Positions 12,176-25,800 of a stretch of 64,000 nucleotides of DNA are shown here, piece by piece. The notes beneath the pieces are model-generated. The model had not been told where the DNA came from and did no database searches. It worked only from the letters and a program-made list of their open reading frames with translations. The translations under genes and the position numbers were made by a program. Origin of the DNA: the human T2T-CHM13v2.0 reference genome, Homo sapiens; NCBI RefSeq assembly GCF_009914755.1, contig NC_060933.1; one strand, 5' to 3'. How positions within the stretch are numbered: the stretch's first letter is position 1; every line of letters begins with the position of its first letter.

Positions 12176-13189
12176 AAGGTGATTGCATTGTTTAAACAGT
12201 AAAATTGTTGGATAGATTATGTTCCTTCCCTATCATCACTTCTTTCAAAGGTAAGATAGAAGAGGTTGTGTCCACTGTAACTCTGTGAGAATTTGATTTG
12301 AATTCCTCAACGGGGATTTTTCATTTGGGCAAAGATCCTATGAGTAAAAACATTATATAGAGAGAGGACAAAAAAGCTATGGAGAATTATAGTGTGCAGG
12401 GCAGAGTTACTCAAATTATCATCTTTGGATCCTTGTAATCAAATGCTGAGGGCAGTCAAGGCTCTGGGTAACCTAGTGTTTGCTGTCTTAGAACATTTTA
12501 GTGAAAATAAGGAATTTAATGGCGTTAGTTTCTTGCTTCTAACTGTGCTGGGGAGCTTAGGAAGAAAAGATCATGAGCTCTGGGCTTCTAACTTAACACA
12601 GGTGTTGACGACCTGTGCCACTACTCAGCTGAAGCTTTCGGAGCCACTACATGGTGCCACCATCTCTCTTTGTTTTCCCATTTGTGAGAATGGCATAGTT
12701 CATATAGGGGCTGCTCTCTCAGCCTGGGTCCTAGCTTAAGCAAGACCTGGAGCAGAGCCACAACCAAGATTCAACATGAGCAAGACAAACGTTTTGTTAG
12801 CCACTGTGGTGTTAGAGATGATTGTTACTGGAACATGAATGATAGATAGTCTATTATGAAGTGCTTTTAGAAAATGCCCACATAGTGCCCTAGAATAGGG
12901 TCCATTATGTTAATAGGCCTTCTCCTTAATAACTTTCAAAGCATTGATTATGGCCTTGTGTAGGTCTGCATGACTATTCATAAGGCTGCTATCATCAATG
13001 ATTCCCAGTGCTACATTGTATATATTTTAAACAATCCGTCCATTTAGGAGCTGCATGATCTTAGTGTAGTTTTTGAACTGCTCTGTGGCTCAGTTTCTTC
13101 ATCTGTAACACAGTAATAATACTATTGCTTACCTCAATGAATGGAACATGTAATACCCTCAAAGCAATATCTGACATGTAGTTGATTAT

Positions 13190-13620
13190 TTTCATTAAGT
13201 TTATCTACAAATATTGAATGGGCACTTACCATGTTCCAGTTCCTGAGCAGTTCCTTATAAAGATGAACAAGAACATATGGGTTCAAGTGTTCTTGGGCCT
13301 CATAGATCTATGAAGAGAGATACGTTAAACAAATGATTAGTTATGAAGAAGTGTTGTGCCATGAGAGTGCCCATCAGGGGGCCTGGCCTAATTTGGAGGG
13401 TCAAGAGTGGATGGCTCTGAAGGAATGACATTTAAGAACTAAAAGATCAGTAGGTGTGGCCAAGATGAAGGTAAGGTTGGGAAAACAGTTACCCAGGTAA
13501 AGGAAGGGTGTATTCGAGGACCCTGAGGTGGAAAGGCACTCAGCACAGCAGAGTACTGAGAGATGGCCAGAGTGGCAAGGCAGAATGAAACCAGGAAGGG
13601 GCATTGGAGCCCTGTGGCAG
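13190..13620 (-). mobile_element. L2 fragment, with MIR pieces nearby at about 13040-13190 and 13670-13730
   Basis: caaatattgaatgggcacttaccatgttccag and the following purine-rich antisense L2 pattern. Confidence 0.55.
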
Positions 13621-14274
13621 AGGAGGAGCACACTGGGCTTTGAAGGGGCATATTTGGCTCAGGGCCATTGTTGTGTGGCAGTGAGTAAACACTTCTTCGG
13701 ACCTCAGTTTCTTCATCTCTAAAACAAATGATTTTTTTTCAGTTGCAGAATTCCCATTCTAAGATTTTTCTTGCTTTTTCTTTTTCCTTGTTTCAAAGAG
13801 CCAGTGTGCTGTGCCAAAAGTTGTTTCTAATAAAATCTAATTGTTTAGAGAGAACTATGAGGAACAACAAAGAGGGAGAAAAACAGGCTTTTTTCAGGTC
13901 TGTTGGTTAACCTGACTTTTACACTGTAAAATACGGGGTCATGATGGCTGACCCTGGAACAGCTCTGGTCTAGGATGACATTTAATTTTGCTTGAGGATG
14001 GCATCATATTGAAACCTGTGAGAGGAAGGCTGGTGTTTAGGTTTATGGTTCCTGCCACTCCTTCCCTGCTCATAGGAGTGAGAGGGTTTTTTTATATTTT
14101 AATTTATTTTTTCTGTTGTTATGTTTATCTTCTCAGACTGCGTGGTGGGATAATCTGAGCATTTATAGAAAACGGAGCTCCCCACTGGGCCTATGCGTTA
14201 ACCCCTCCTGAAGTGAATGGAGCATGCAGTCTCAGAGGAACTTAGATATTTTTTCCCTTTTTCTTTCTTTTTTA

Positions 14275-14625
<351 letters not shown>

Positions 14626-15739
14626 CTAGAGCAAACAGGAATTTTTTAATATCATCTAAAATTGGTAGATATTTCTGTATTTTATAACTCCACTGGCCCT
14701 AATTATGAATTTCTGAGTTAGGCCAAACAGCATTTTTGTGTGTCCCCTCTCATATACAGTGATTGCCGCAACACCAGCATCGGAATAGTTATTACTCTGT
14801 TGAGTAAATATGCCGTCTGTCACAGAGGCAAGTAATCATCCACACTTTATGCTGTGTTTCTCAATGGGATCTTTTTTAGAAAGGTGAGGCTTGTGAGAAA
14901 TGGGTGAGTCCACATTGGAATAGGCTTACTCTAAGAGAGACGCCCACCCTCATTCTCAGTTCCAGTCCATCTGCTCCTCCTACCACACTGCCCTTAGGTA
15001 AGTGCTGTGCTGGGCACCACCCTGTTCAGCCTTTGATCCTGTCTGGATTGCCTTGAGTGTGTTCTCTGGCCTTTGATTTTCTCCTCAGATAACTGCTACG
15101 GGGTTACCAGCAGATTCCTGAGATCATGGACTATGCATGCAGGATCATCTGGCCGGGGTCTTCCAGCTGATACATACACACACCCATGTACCCTTTATAA
15201 AGACAGTTACAAGGACAGTTCTTTTCTATATCCCAACTCTCAAACATACTTTTTTCTAAAGTTGATCTGCCTGAGAGCCAGCCTGCAGTCTGCAGGGTCT
15301 CCTGTCCCCTCTCCTTCACAGAGTGGGGCAGACAGTTGGTCTTTCTGCCATCTATCTGTGATCCTCCATGCGTCTCTGAGCTCACCGTTGTACTCTGCCC
15401 TGTGGTTGAAGACCTCTGGCATGCCAGATGCAAAATACTGGCTCTCATAAAGCTGGAAAAGGGAATGAATCAAGTAGGTGGACAACAAGACTTTTTATTG
15501 CAACTTACGTGGCTCTTTTTTTTTTTTTTCACTTTTGACAGAATTAAAGGAGTACCCAAATGATGTCAGCTGATACACAGTGATGGGTTCTGACCAGCGT
15601 GCGTTTAGGCATATAACTCAGAAAGAGTTCGCATATAACTCAGAAAGAGACATTACTGCAACAAAACCCCTCAAATCCCATTTAGTTTTTAATATGAAGG
15701 CTTTTTTTTTTTGAAAAAAGAAAAATATAATTAAAATGA

Positions 15740-16370
15740 CACAGAAACATGCCTTAACTCCAGCAGTCTGTAACATACATTCGTAAAATAATTTTTAAAG
15801 GCTTCATCTATCTGAGATACATTTCCAATAAAAATATACTTTTTTCTTTAATAATTACCAATGTTATAGTACATGTGTAGCTTTGATCAGTTATAAACTG
15901 AAAATAAGTATAATAGCCAAACTAGAGGTTTTTTAAAACTTAGAGTCTTGTCATAGGAAATTTTTTAAAAAAATTAAACTTCAATTAATATGCATATTTT
16001 TGTTAAAGAGGATTATGGTACAGTGATAACTAAAAGAGTTTCAGGCATAAAATTATCTTACATTCAGTTAAAATTCTGGAGGGAAAGTGGAATAGGAGTA
16101 ATATAAATTTAAAGGGAATAAGGAATGCTACAAAACGTGAAAGAAGAGCCTGTTCTTTTATTTGTTAAATGGATGATGGAGTTATCAAATGACAATGGTA
16201 TTTAGAGATACATGTTTTATTTCTAAATGTCAATATTTAATCCACAAGAAGTATAGCTTCTACAATTATTTAAACTTATGATGAGAAATTTTGTGTCCAC
16301 TTAAAATTGTGTGAGAGGGCACGTAGTTTTTCAAAATTCTATCTACATCCAGTTTATGGAGAACGCCGAT
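15740..16370 (+). mobile_element. hAT/Charlie 3'-end remnant
   Basis: catctatctgagatacatttccaataaaa and gagagggcacgtagtttttcaaaattct resemble the Charlie transposase end and subterminal region; very diverged. Confidence 0.45.
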
Positions 16371-16380
16371 TTGTAATCTT

Positions 16381-16570
16381 ACAGTGATTTTTAAATGTGG
16401 CTTTGCACTAGAATTGCTTTGAGGTACTACTTATCAAAAATACAGATTTCTGGGCTCCCACTTAGATCTACGAATCAGAACTTCTGGTGGCGGGGCAGAG
16501 ATGGACAGTGTCTTTAGCAGGATTCTCTGATTCCTCGTGATTTTGGTGCAACCAATCCTGAGAGCAGTGT
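16381..16570. mobile_element. MER5A-like hAT MITE
   Basis: aaaatacagatttctgggctcccac...ctacgaatcagaac core with cagtg at the left end and tgagagcagtg at the right. Confidence 0.7.
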
Positions 16571-19500
16571 TTGGCTCCCCCGTATCCACTTGCTTCTTCC
16601 TCCAGGCCTGGAGGCCCTGCTTTGTCTGCCTCGGAAGGACCCTTAAAGTGGGCAGGAGCCATGGGGCCAAAAGTACTCGTTGATATGAACCCTGGAATGG
16701 GACCTAGGAGAAATGCTGTTTTGTTCATTCACATTTAAGGGAGCATCACATTCTCTCTTTAATCCAGCTCTTGTTGTCTTATCCTAAAATGTGGCATTTT
16801 TAAACTCTCCTTTAAGAAATTACAGTTCTTTATTACATTTTTCTATACTAGTATTGACCCACAATCTGCTTAGGATCACTCAAAAACATTGATTTCAAAA
16901 CTATTTGACTTCTAAAATTTGAGTCTGTTAAAATTCAGAAGTAGTCCATGATTTCTAGCCAGCTTTCTGGATCTTTTAATGATAAAATATTCCTTCAACA
17001 TATGAGGGGTGGCTATTATTAGATAATATGCAATCGTCTGAAAGGTTTGTCTTAATGGATTACATTTGCTACATATTACAGGAGGTGCATTGTCTTCCTG
17101 TATTCCGTATGTGAGAGATTTGTCGCCATTTCCTGTGTCTCAACAAGATAAATGAACTAATTTAAAATATTTTCCATGCCTCATCTGTCCACTCCACAAG
17201 CTGTCAATGGGCTTGGATTGGAAGCTTGCATGCCAGCAGTCCTGAGCCAGGAGTACTGTTATTTTGGAAAAAAAAGAAAAAGAAAAAAAAAAGCTGTTTC
17301 CATAGCAGCTTGGAACTCCTTTGCAAGTGTGCTTTCACATTTTTGTAGGATCTGGTAAGAAAGCCGATATTTTGTCCAGCTTTCTTAAAGCACATTTGCC
17401 TGACTTAAATGAAATCATTACTTTTTAAAAATTGAAGTGGTGGGGGAAAATTTTCAAGAATTGATGAGAAAAAAAATCGAGATGAGTTAAAAAACAAAAC
17501 AGGAAGGAAAAAGAAAAATATTAGAGCTGCTAAAATTTGGAATTATAAAAATCAAAATTGGAAAGTGCCATTTTTTTCTAGGTAAATGTTTCTAATTTAC
17601 CATGTTTTAATGTATTTTGTGGGTTGAATAACGTAAAAAAATCAAATTGTAGAATCCTCACAGGTGTATTTTATTTTATTTTTTTTGCAGTCACTTGAAG
17701 TCATCATATGTTCCTCCATAGCACATGTAAGGGAAAAATTATATACAGAGCACCATAGTGGCACACAACTTTGAGGCATTTTCATCTTTTGCAGCAGGAT
17801 CGAGTTCTTCACAGTATTGACTCAGTGGTATTTGTAGGGAGGCAGAGCAAAGGAAATAATAAGTTGGAAAGCATTTTTACTGTTAGACGGGTTCCTTTTG
17901 GATTTTCTGAATTTTTCTACTTAATAATACATTTTAATGAGTCTTTGGGGGAAGTCATAACTTCACTTCACTGCTTATCGCTGCAGCCTGCTCACATGAC
18001 ACAATACTCTTGTGAGGTATAATATGAAAATCATCTCTGGTTAAAAGTGGATTTTGGCTTTTAGCCTAATACCGAGCAAATAACCTTTCCAGTCCAAGTT
18101 ACATGTTCCCATAAACTCCTTAAAACCAAATTTTCCTTGCTTAAAAAAAGTCACTGCATGTAATTCCCAAAGGGTGGGGGTATGGAAGCACTTTAAATTA
18201 GACTTAAAAAAACCCAGAAAAACAAAACCTTGCCATATTTTGCTGGCTCGGCCTTTCCTTTGCTCAGATTTGGTGGGTGCTGCTTTGCTAGAGTCATGAG
18301 AGGTCAGAGTTCTCATGAGGGATTTTGAATGGCCGTCAGCTGGGTTCCATTCCTAAGCTTGAACTGTGGCTTAAAGCAGAATGCAGCTGCCTGCCTGCCC
18401 ATGCCAGTGCATCTTCCCTGGGGAATCACTGCAGAATCCCCCAGGCCTCCTCTTTGTACTTGATTGTGACCTTGTTGCTGTCCAATGCTTGAAACCCCCA
18501 GCCCTTCCAGCTCCCTCATTACACAGAGCTAGGCTTTCTGTGGTTTCCCCAGTAGGTCAGCCTTAAGGTAGATGAAAATTTGATAGATGCACTTATAACC
18601 TCTTCAGAGCTTCCTGTTGGAACTTGACAAGCAGATTCTTTCTCCTAAATATTTTGACACACAGCCTTTAAAATGACATTTACCTCTTCTAGGACCATTT
18701 TTGACAGTAGCTTGTAGTAGATTTATTTTTATTTTATTTGAAAACATCATTTGGGGTTTTGTAGAAAAAAATAAAATATTTATCTCCACAGCTTGTTATC
18801 AGCAGGGAGGGTAGGCATTCTTGGAGGGATGGGAGGTTTATTGGTAGAAAGATTCAAGAAGCTATTTTGTGATAAAGGATTTCTTTGCACTTTTTCCTCT
18901 AGTCAAGTAAATTGCTTGTGGGTTCTTGCTAAAAAAAAATAATTCCTCTGGTGCTACTTTTAATTTGGTCAGGTTTAAAATGTTTTCAGAAGGGTTAAGC
19001 TTCCTTTGCATTAGTGCCTGGTGTGGTCAAATGAAGGAATGACTTTGGAATGGACTGCTTGTGTTTATAAATGACCTCCCCATAGAAGGTTCAGAACTGC
19101 AGAATAGTCAAAACCGTAACACTATTTCTACATGTCTGTTAGATGTGTGGTGTCTCCTCCTTCCCTCAGCAGGTATAGTTTTCTAGGCATGTTTATCTTT
19201 GACTCACGTTGTAAGAATATATGTTTCCTGTGATATGTCCAGTGTGTCCAGCTGTCACTTTCAAAAATAGGCACACACCAGAATATCAATCCATTGTTAT
19301 GATTTCTCATATGTGACTACTGAGAACTGTACTTTTCTTGCAAGGGGAAGAATGAATTGTAGATCCTATTCATGTCCATTATGTGTTTACAAGTGAAACT
19401 ATTAATACTAGTGGAGCATGGAAGCATTTTATGGGCAGGTGGGCCAGGTTGTGAAAACACCATTATAAAGCCTAAAATTTGAGGAAAACCCCCCCAAAAC

Positions 19501-22014
19501 CTCCATTGCTTGGGGGCTCTATTTTTAATCTGATCTTCTGTTGAGTTCATGAATATTTCAAATGAACCTGACCAGGTGACTCTTTCTTTCGAGGCTCTCA
19601 GATGGTTTTCAATGGAAACTTTCTTTTGTCACTGTCATGAGATTGGCTTTAACCCAGTACAAGTCTAGAGTGGAGGTCTGAATTCACTTGGGAGAGAGGT
19701 AAAAACTGTGGAAGATTTTGGCAAACTGGATAAACATAGGCAATAAAAGAAAAAAAAAAGATTTCGGCAAACTTCACACAAGTCTAGTAATAGAGTACAA
19801 TACTTTTTCCACTCCACTACTATAGAATTTTTTTTCACTAAAACACTTTATACTTAAAATCATTTAAAGAAAGAGTTTTTCCCTCTAGGAAAAGGCAGAA
19901 ATACACATCCCCTATACTTTAAGAAATATATTTGGGCACAGATGTCTAGTTTCTTATCTTTTGTTGAGAGTTAGACAGATGTGTGATTTTAGTGAATGTA
20001 TTTATAAAAAAATAATTTACTAAACATGGCTACAAGAACAAAATACTTCAAAGTCCTGGCTGAAAACCCTGAATCTGACAAGGATTTTTTTTCTTTCCAT
20101 AAAAATAAATCTGAGAAACATAGACTGAGAATATTGAGTTAAGCCTTGGCCATCACACTTGCCATGAAAATGGGAAGCAAGGGTTGAAGAACGAGCACAT
20201 CAGCCTGCGACTGGGAAGACGTGGGCAGGAAAAGTCACATGGTGCTGAGGCAGGCCTGACCAGGGAACCTGGTAGAGATTAGATTGAGAAGAAGGAAGAA
20301 GAGTTGGTGATGCTTGTCCTGACACAGGTCTCAGACCCTGGGCTCAGCACATGCTTCTCTGCGCTGTTTCCTGAAGTGTTATTTGTTTAACGTCACTTAC
20401 TTTTTGTCTCTTTTTCATATATACCCCTGATAACTGGGGTGATCTGATTTTTTTGTCCCATGTGGATCTTATACCCAAGCTCTTTGGCCTTTTGCATTGG
20501 CAAACTGAAAAGAACTGATGTATTATTACATTCTGCTGTTTCTTTTTTCTTCTTCTTCTTCATCCTTGAAAGAAAATAGTAGGAATGACCGTGTTTGTGA
20601 TGCCTCTTTTTGTTTATAGAGCACTTCTGTATCCATTATTCCATTAATCACCACAGTAATCCTCTGAAGTACAGCTGTGGAACCTGAGGCTCAGAGGGAC
20701 ATGGTAACCTGCATCTTAGTGGGAGAGCTGGGACTCCTATGCACTCTCCTTTACTCTGCCAGGTGGGGGTAAGGGTATTGAGTTAGCCTGAAAATCTGCT
20801 TTGATGGCAGTATCATGAACCGCAAGTGTTACCTTTATTACAAAAAACTAGAGGCCTTGAACTCTTCTTTCTCTGTCCTCATTTTGCATTAATCTGACCA
20901 GGGCTGTTTGGATAGGATTCCAGAGAAATATGTTTCTCTTCATAATTTATCATTGAAAACTACCACTTTGGCCTCACAGTTGAAGCAGTAAAATATATAT
21001 GTAGCTACACTTAGAGGCACTTTGTCTTTTACTGCCGTGAAGCTTGCTGGGCACTTCTTCTGTGGGCTTCTTATTGATACATAGGCACCCATAGAGAAAT
21101 GGAGGTGCAGGAATTCCAGGATGGACTGGGTAATCTTCATCTTTCACAAAAGTCCTGGAGGTGATAGAAGACCACACTTTAGTTGGATGATTGCCAGTGA
21201 GCCAGAACATAAGCGGTACACGTCTTTTAGAGTATGAACGTGTTCTTGCACACATCTGCTTGGGTAACTGACTGTTCTGTTTGAAGAGATCTCACAGAAA
21301 TGGAATTTTTAAATATTGAGAAGATTCCATTAAGAAATAGAGGGAGAATGGAAAGTGCATTATAAAAGCCATGCCAAGAATAGGTAAAGTGTGGCCTAGC
21401 ATCCACAAAATATTTACTTTTAATTGAACTTTTAGAAGTTAACGTTCTCACTCTTTGGCTAAAGAGTTAATTGCTGGGCTTGTCCAATATCTGTTTGGAG
21501 TCAGTCATCCAATTTTTCATGACAGAAAAAGAACATTTTAGGTAATGTAGATGGGGTGGTGTTACTTCCATGAAGAAAATGTGCATGTTTGAATTTACCT
21601 TACTCCTCTGTTGTGGCCACCCCTCTTTTGAGGACCTGTTAATGGCTAACAGGAAACACAGGAAAATGAAGGGTGGAGCATGGTGTTGTTGATTCATTGT
21701 GAGAGTGAATCTGCCAGTTCTGAGTCTGAAACAATACGACGAATAAAATAGCTCTAAAGATAATCAGGGTTTATGCTCCATCTTTTTTCATTATTATTAT
21801 AAAAATAATAAAATAACAACACGAAAAAAGAAAACGGAAAACTCAAGCCTCCCCTAATTACACCATGATGTTCTTCATTTTTGCTTATTCATTTTATCTC
21901 TGTTCACATGTGTGCGTGGTTATTGTTACTGTATTCATGTAACTTATAATCCAGGCTTCTCACTTGGCATTGGATGGTCCGCATTTTTCATTGTTCTTCA
22001 TCTGGGTTTTTTTG

Positions 22015-22240
22015 TGTGTGTGTCCTGGACTCCTTTGGCAGTTTTTGGTAAAGCGTATGGACCTCTTGTCAGAAAAATACTTTTTAGTATTTAAAATATA
22101 CAGGATTACAGAGGAAACAATTTTGTTAAAGTACAGTTATTAAAATACTATAAACATCAGTTTGTACTATAGCAATCTATTAATGCATTAAGTACTTAGT
22201 TGTATAATGTCTAAGTAATTATAAGCATAAATATTTTGAA
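22015..22240. mobile_element. Charlie7/MER119-like hAT fragment
   Basis: cctttggcagt...tatggacc...cagaa...atacaggattacagaggaaacaat; a related copy lies in opposite orientation at about 47990-48225. Confidence 0.6.
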
Positions 22241-22762
22241 ACTGTCTCTGGATCTGAAGGTAGAGGGGAGGGAAGTTGAGGAATTTCATTCCCCGTGGCT
22301 GGTATTATCTAGGTGAAGGAAGAGGCACGACTGTCTTTAGAATGTGAGGACTTTGGTTCTGGTTGAAGAGAGGTAATGTTTTAAAACAGATTTATTGAAG
22401 GATAAGGGTAGCATTATTTACCTTTTACTGTGTATCAGGTACTGTGCTAAACCTCTTACGTATGCTATCTTTTTAAGGGCAGCTTCATGAGGAATAGGTG
22501 CTGTTACCATCTTTACCTATCCAGTGAAGCAACTAAGCTTGGAGAAGTGACCCATTGTTCTAATCACAAATAGATCACTGCAGAAATATTGACCATTTAC
22601 TTGTCCTCAAAGGAAGTCGGCCTGAATAATCCGGAAGCAGTATCCTGATGAGTAATACAGTGCAAAGCCACATGGTGGCAGGGTTAGGATTCAGGCTTTA
22701 ACAGTGCCTGTTTTACTACCTTTTGTCCATTCCTTAAGTTGGGAAAGGTAAAAGGAATTTCT

Positions 22763-22846
22763 TTTTTTTTATTTTATTTTATTATTATTATACTTTAAGT
22801 TTTAGGGTACATGTGCACAACAATGAGAACACATGGACACAGGAAG
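22763..22846 (-). mobile_element. 84-nt primate L1PA insertion with 5' inversion and 16-nt TSD
   Basis: Antisense tail and L1 3' end (ttatactttaagttttagggtacatgtgcacaac) joined to a sense L1 3' UTR piece (aacaatgagaacacatggacacaggaaggg); TSD ggtaaaaggaatttct at 22747-22762 and 22847-22862. Confidence 0.93.
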
Positions 22847-25800
22847 GGTAAAAGGAATTTCTAAGTGACCTTAAGGGCCACTTGAGATTGGAAACCCCAA
22901 ATTTATCTCATCTAGAAGACGAATCTACAAACTCACTGCTGCGTGATTTTTCTCTTGTAGCAACCATCTGAGATACTTACGTAGGGGAAGGTGGTGGTTG
23001 GGGGCTACAGGAGAAGGGATGGGCTCTGGACTGGACAGCCAGTGTCCATGCGGAGGAACCCTATACTGAGTTAACTCTTCTCACAGCTGCAGTTGTCTCC
23101 CCTGAAAAGGTGCTTCCTCTGAAAGGTCACCCGGGACATGTCTGCACTGCATTGACTTTATAGCTTTTCATCACTGTTTCCTCAGTTTTATTTGGAGACA
23201 CAGTGTGTGGGTATTTCAACTCAATCATAAATTTCCTCAATGTGGGCTGCTGCTAGCATAATTGAAAGACAAGAGGCAAAGAGGTTGTGGCAGGTCACAG
23301 ACAGAACAATTCATGGGTGACAGTTTCTAATAAGGGTCAGATGCACTCAGGGGCCTTGGGATAGCTTCTGGTGTTCAGAAAAGGAAGACTACCCCAGCGT
23401 AGCAGCTTGTGTAGTTATCAAAGGAAAATGATGAGATCTTTTTATTGTTCCGTTTCCCAACCACTCTAACCAAGGTAAGTATATATAGCAGGAATATCTA
23501 CAAAGGTTCATCTAAACTGTTAAAAAATGCCTGGGGGAAGTTGGACAGGATAGAGGTGCTTGAAACTCACTTGTGGGACACAATTTCTTCATTGCACATC
23601 CGTGAATCAGAGATACCTTTACTGTTCCACCCCGGTCCTCATAAATGCATGTGTTTCAGTAAACATACATGAAACAGAGATTTGAGGAACTATACACTAC
23701 TCTCTGAAAAAACGTCAGCAAACCACAGCTGCAACCTTTCATGCTGTTGGATATTTGTACTGCCCAAGAACAAATCTTGCTAAGGATAATTAGTTCTTAT
23801 TTTTGATTTATCCTGTTGTTTTTTTTCTCAGATACCTTTAGGCCTTCAGGCCCAAGGCCAAAAATGAATAGAAAATGTGTACTAGTCCTTGCTTCCATAA
23901 TGCCAATAGCAAATCATACCTGATATTCATAATAAACAAAGATCTTTTTTTTTTTTGCTTGTTCTTGGAGCAATAGAGAGCTTGTAAGCCAGCCTTCCTA
24001 AATTGTGCCATATGGGAAAATTATGTGTCCTTTAATTTAACTAATGTGAATTCAATCATTAAAATATTATAGTTTCCAACATTAATTCAGAGAGATCTAA
24101 AACTGGGTAAGTTGAATAGAGTTAAGGAGTTCTTCTAAGTAATAAGTAATTAAACGAATCTGGGTAGATTTTTATAGGGTGGAGAGCATACACATCAGTG
24201 ACTCTAGCAGGGTACAGTTGTATCAGAAGGGACGGTGACTTTTGTTAACCAAATAATTCAGTAATTCTGAGTTCAACTAATAAATGCTTCATCCAATGAG
24301 AGTAAGGATTTGTGTAAACAGTAATTTCAAATAATGGAATTTCCTTTAGGAAATAGGTGCTCTTTAATACGAACATAAAAAGAAATAAAAATGCAAATAC
24401 AGAAGTACTTAGAAAACACCTATTTTGTGGTTTAGGAGGCTTTCTTTCCCCACCCATCAGCTGAAAGATGTTTGGTGGCACTTAATAAGTATTCAGAATA
24501 AAGCTCTCTGTATGTTATAATTGTGTGCCCCTTTTGCCCTTTAAATTTGAAATAAAGGATGGAACCCAAACAGGCTATGAGAGAAATAAAAATGGTAAGT
24601 GATTGATTTTTTTTCAACATACATAACAATTGCTTATTTTGTGATTCATCAGCAAATGCTGCTGTGTGCTATCAGCGAAGTGCTTCTTTCAACATGAGAT
24701 TGTAATGTTGCCTTTAATATTTAATTTCTTTGTAAATGCTGCTTTTATGTGTGCGTTTTCTGCACAGCACAGGTAGTTAAGTGCAGAGGGGAAGCACTAT
24801 TTTCTGCTAAGAGGGGTCTAGGAAAAAAGGGCAGGAAGCATCCAGAGGCTGGCTTGTTTCACCCACAGCCTTCTCACCCGTTCACTTCTATCTGTTTGGG
24901 CCATGTTAGTTTTGCAGTTTCAGTGACTTGCCCTTATTCCTGTGCCAAGCTAGAATTCCCAACCAGGTCAGACTGTGAAGTCAGACAGACAACTATGAAA
25001 TACTACATATTCCCTACCTGGGAGACTAGAGGAGTATGGCAGTTGGTCAAGGTACTCCCCAGACACTTAGCTCGTATACTGTGACAGGTGCCTTTAATAA
25101 AAAGGCAGCTTAGAATTCGTCCAACTGTAAAGGAGCAAAAGATGGACAAAGAGATGTGCCTGACCAACAGGCATTTCCACTAAAGATCATGCTGATTTTC
25201 TGGGTGGTCTGGTCTGTAGAATTGCTTGATTGCCTGAGGTTTAACCCAGAGCCCCTCAGAGAATTGTAATAAAATGGTAGTCCTAATTTCCACCTAAAAA
25301 TTAGCTGCTACTACTAAGCGATCGTGAGTCTCTCACCTGGGCAAGTGAAGTTTGTGCCAGAGTACAGTCCAAGGCCTTTCAGGATCCCACCTTTTCAGCC
25401 TGCCATCCCTTGGCTGTGCTCCTACTTCCTGACTCCATTTTGCTCATGTTTTTTCACCTCTGAGCTTTATTACTTCCATCTAGAATGTTTTTCCTCCTTC
25501 TTCATCCCACTCCCACATGCAGTGGCTGAAGCCTGCTAGTCCTTCAGGGTAAGCTCACAGTCTACTTCTTCTTAGTGGCTTTCTTATTCCTTTAAAACCC
25601 TGCTGGGTAGCTTCTCTGAGCCATGAGGCAGGCCCTGGGTCCCTGTGGCTGCAGGCTCAGCCAGCGTGCAGCATGTCTGCCAATAAGCCTCCAGTGCAGA
25701 GTCTGATCTGGTGCTGACGCACTGCACATAGCATCTAAACTCCGAGAAATTAATTACAGAAAACTTTGAGAGAAACCCTGTTTTTGCTTTATTGTGCATT

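Noticed and set aside
20940-21700. Cluster of short minus-strand ORFs in unique-looking sequence
   Set aside because: No recognisable protein similarity, splice structure, poly(A) tail or TSD; conservation cannot be assessed without alignment.
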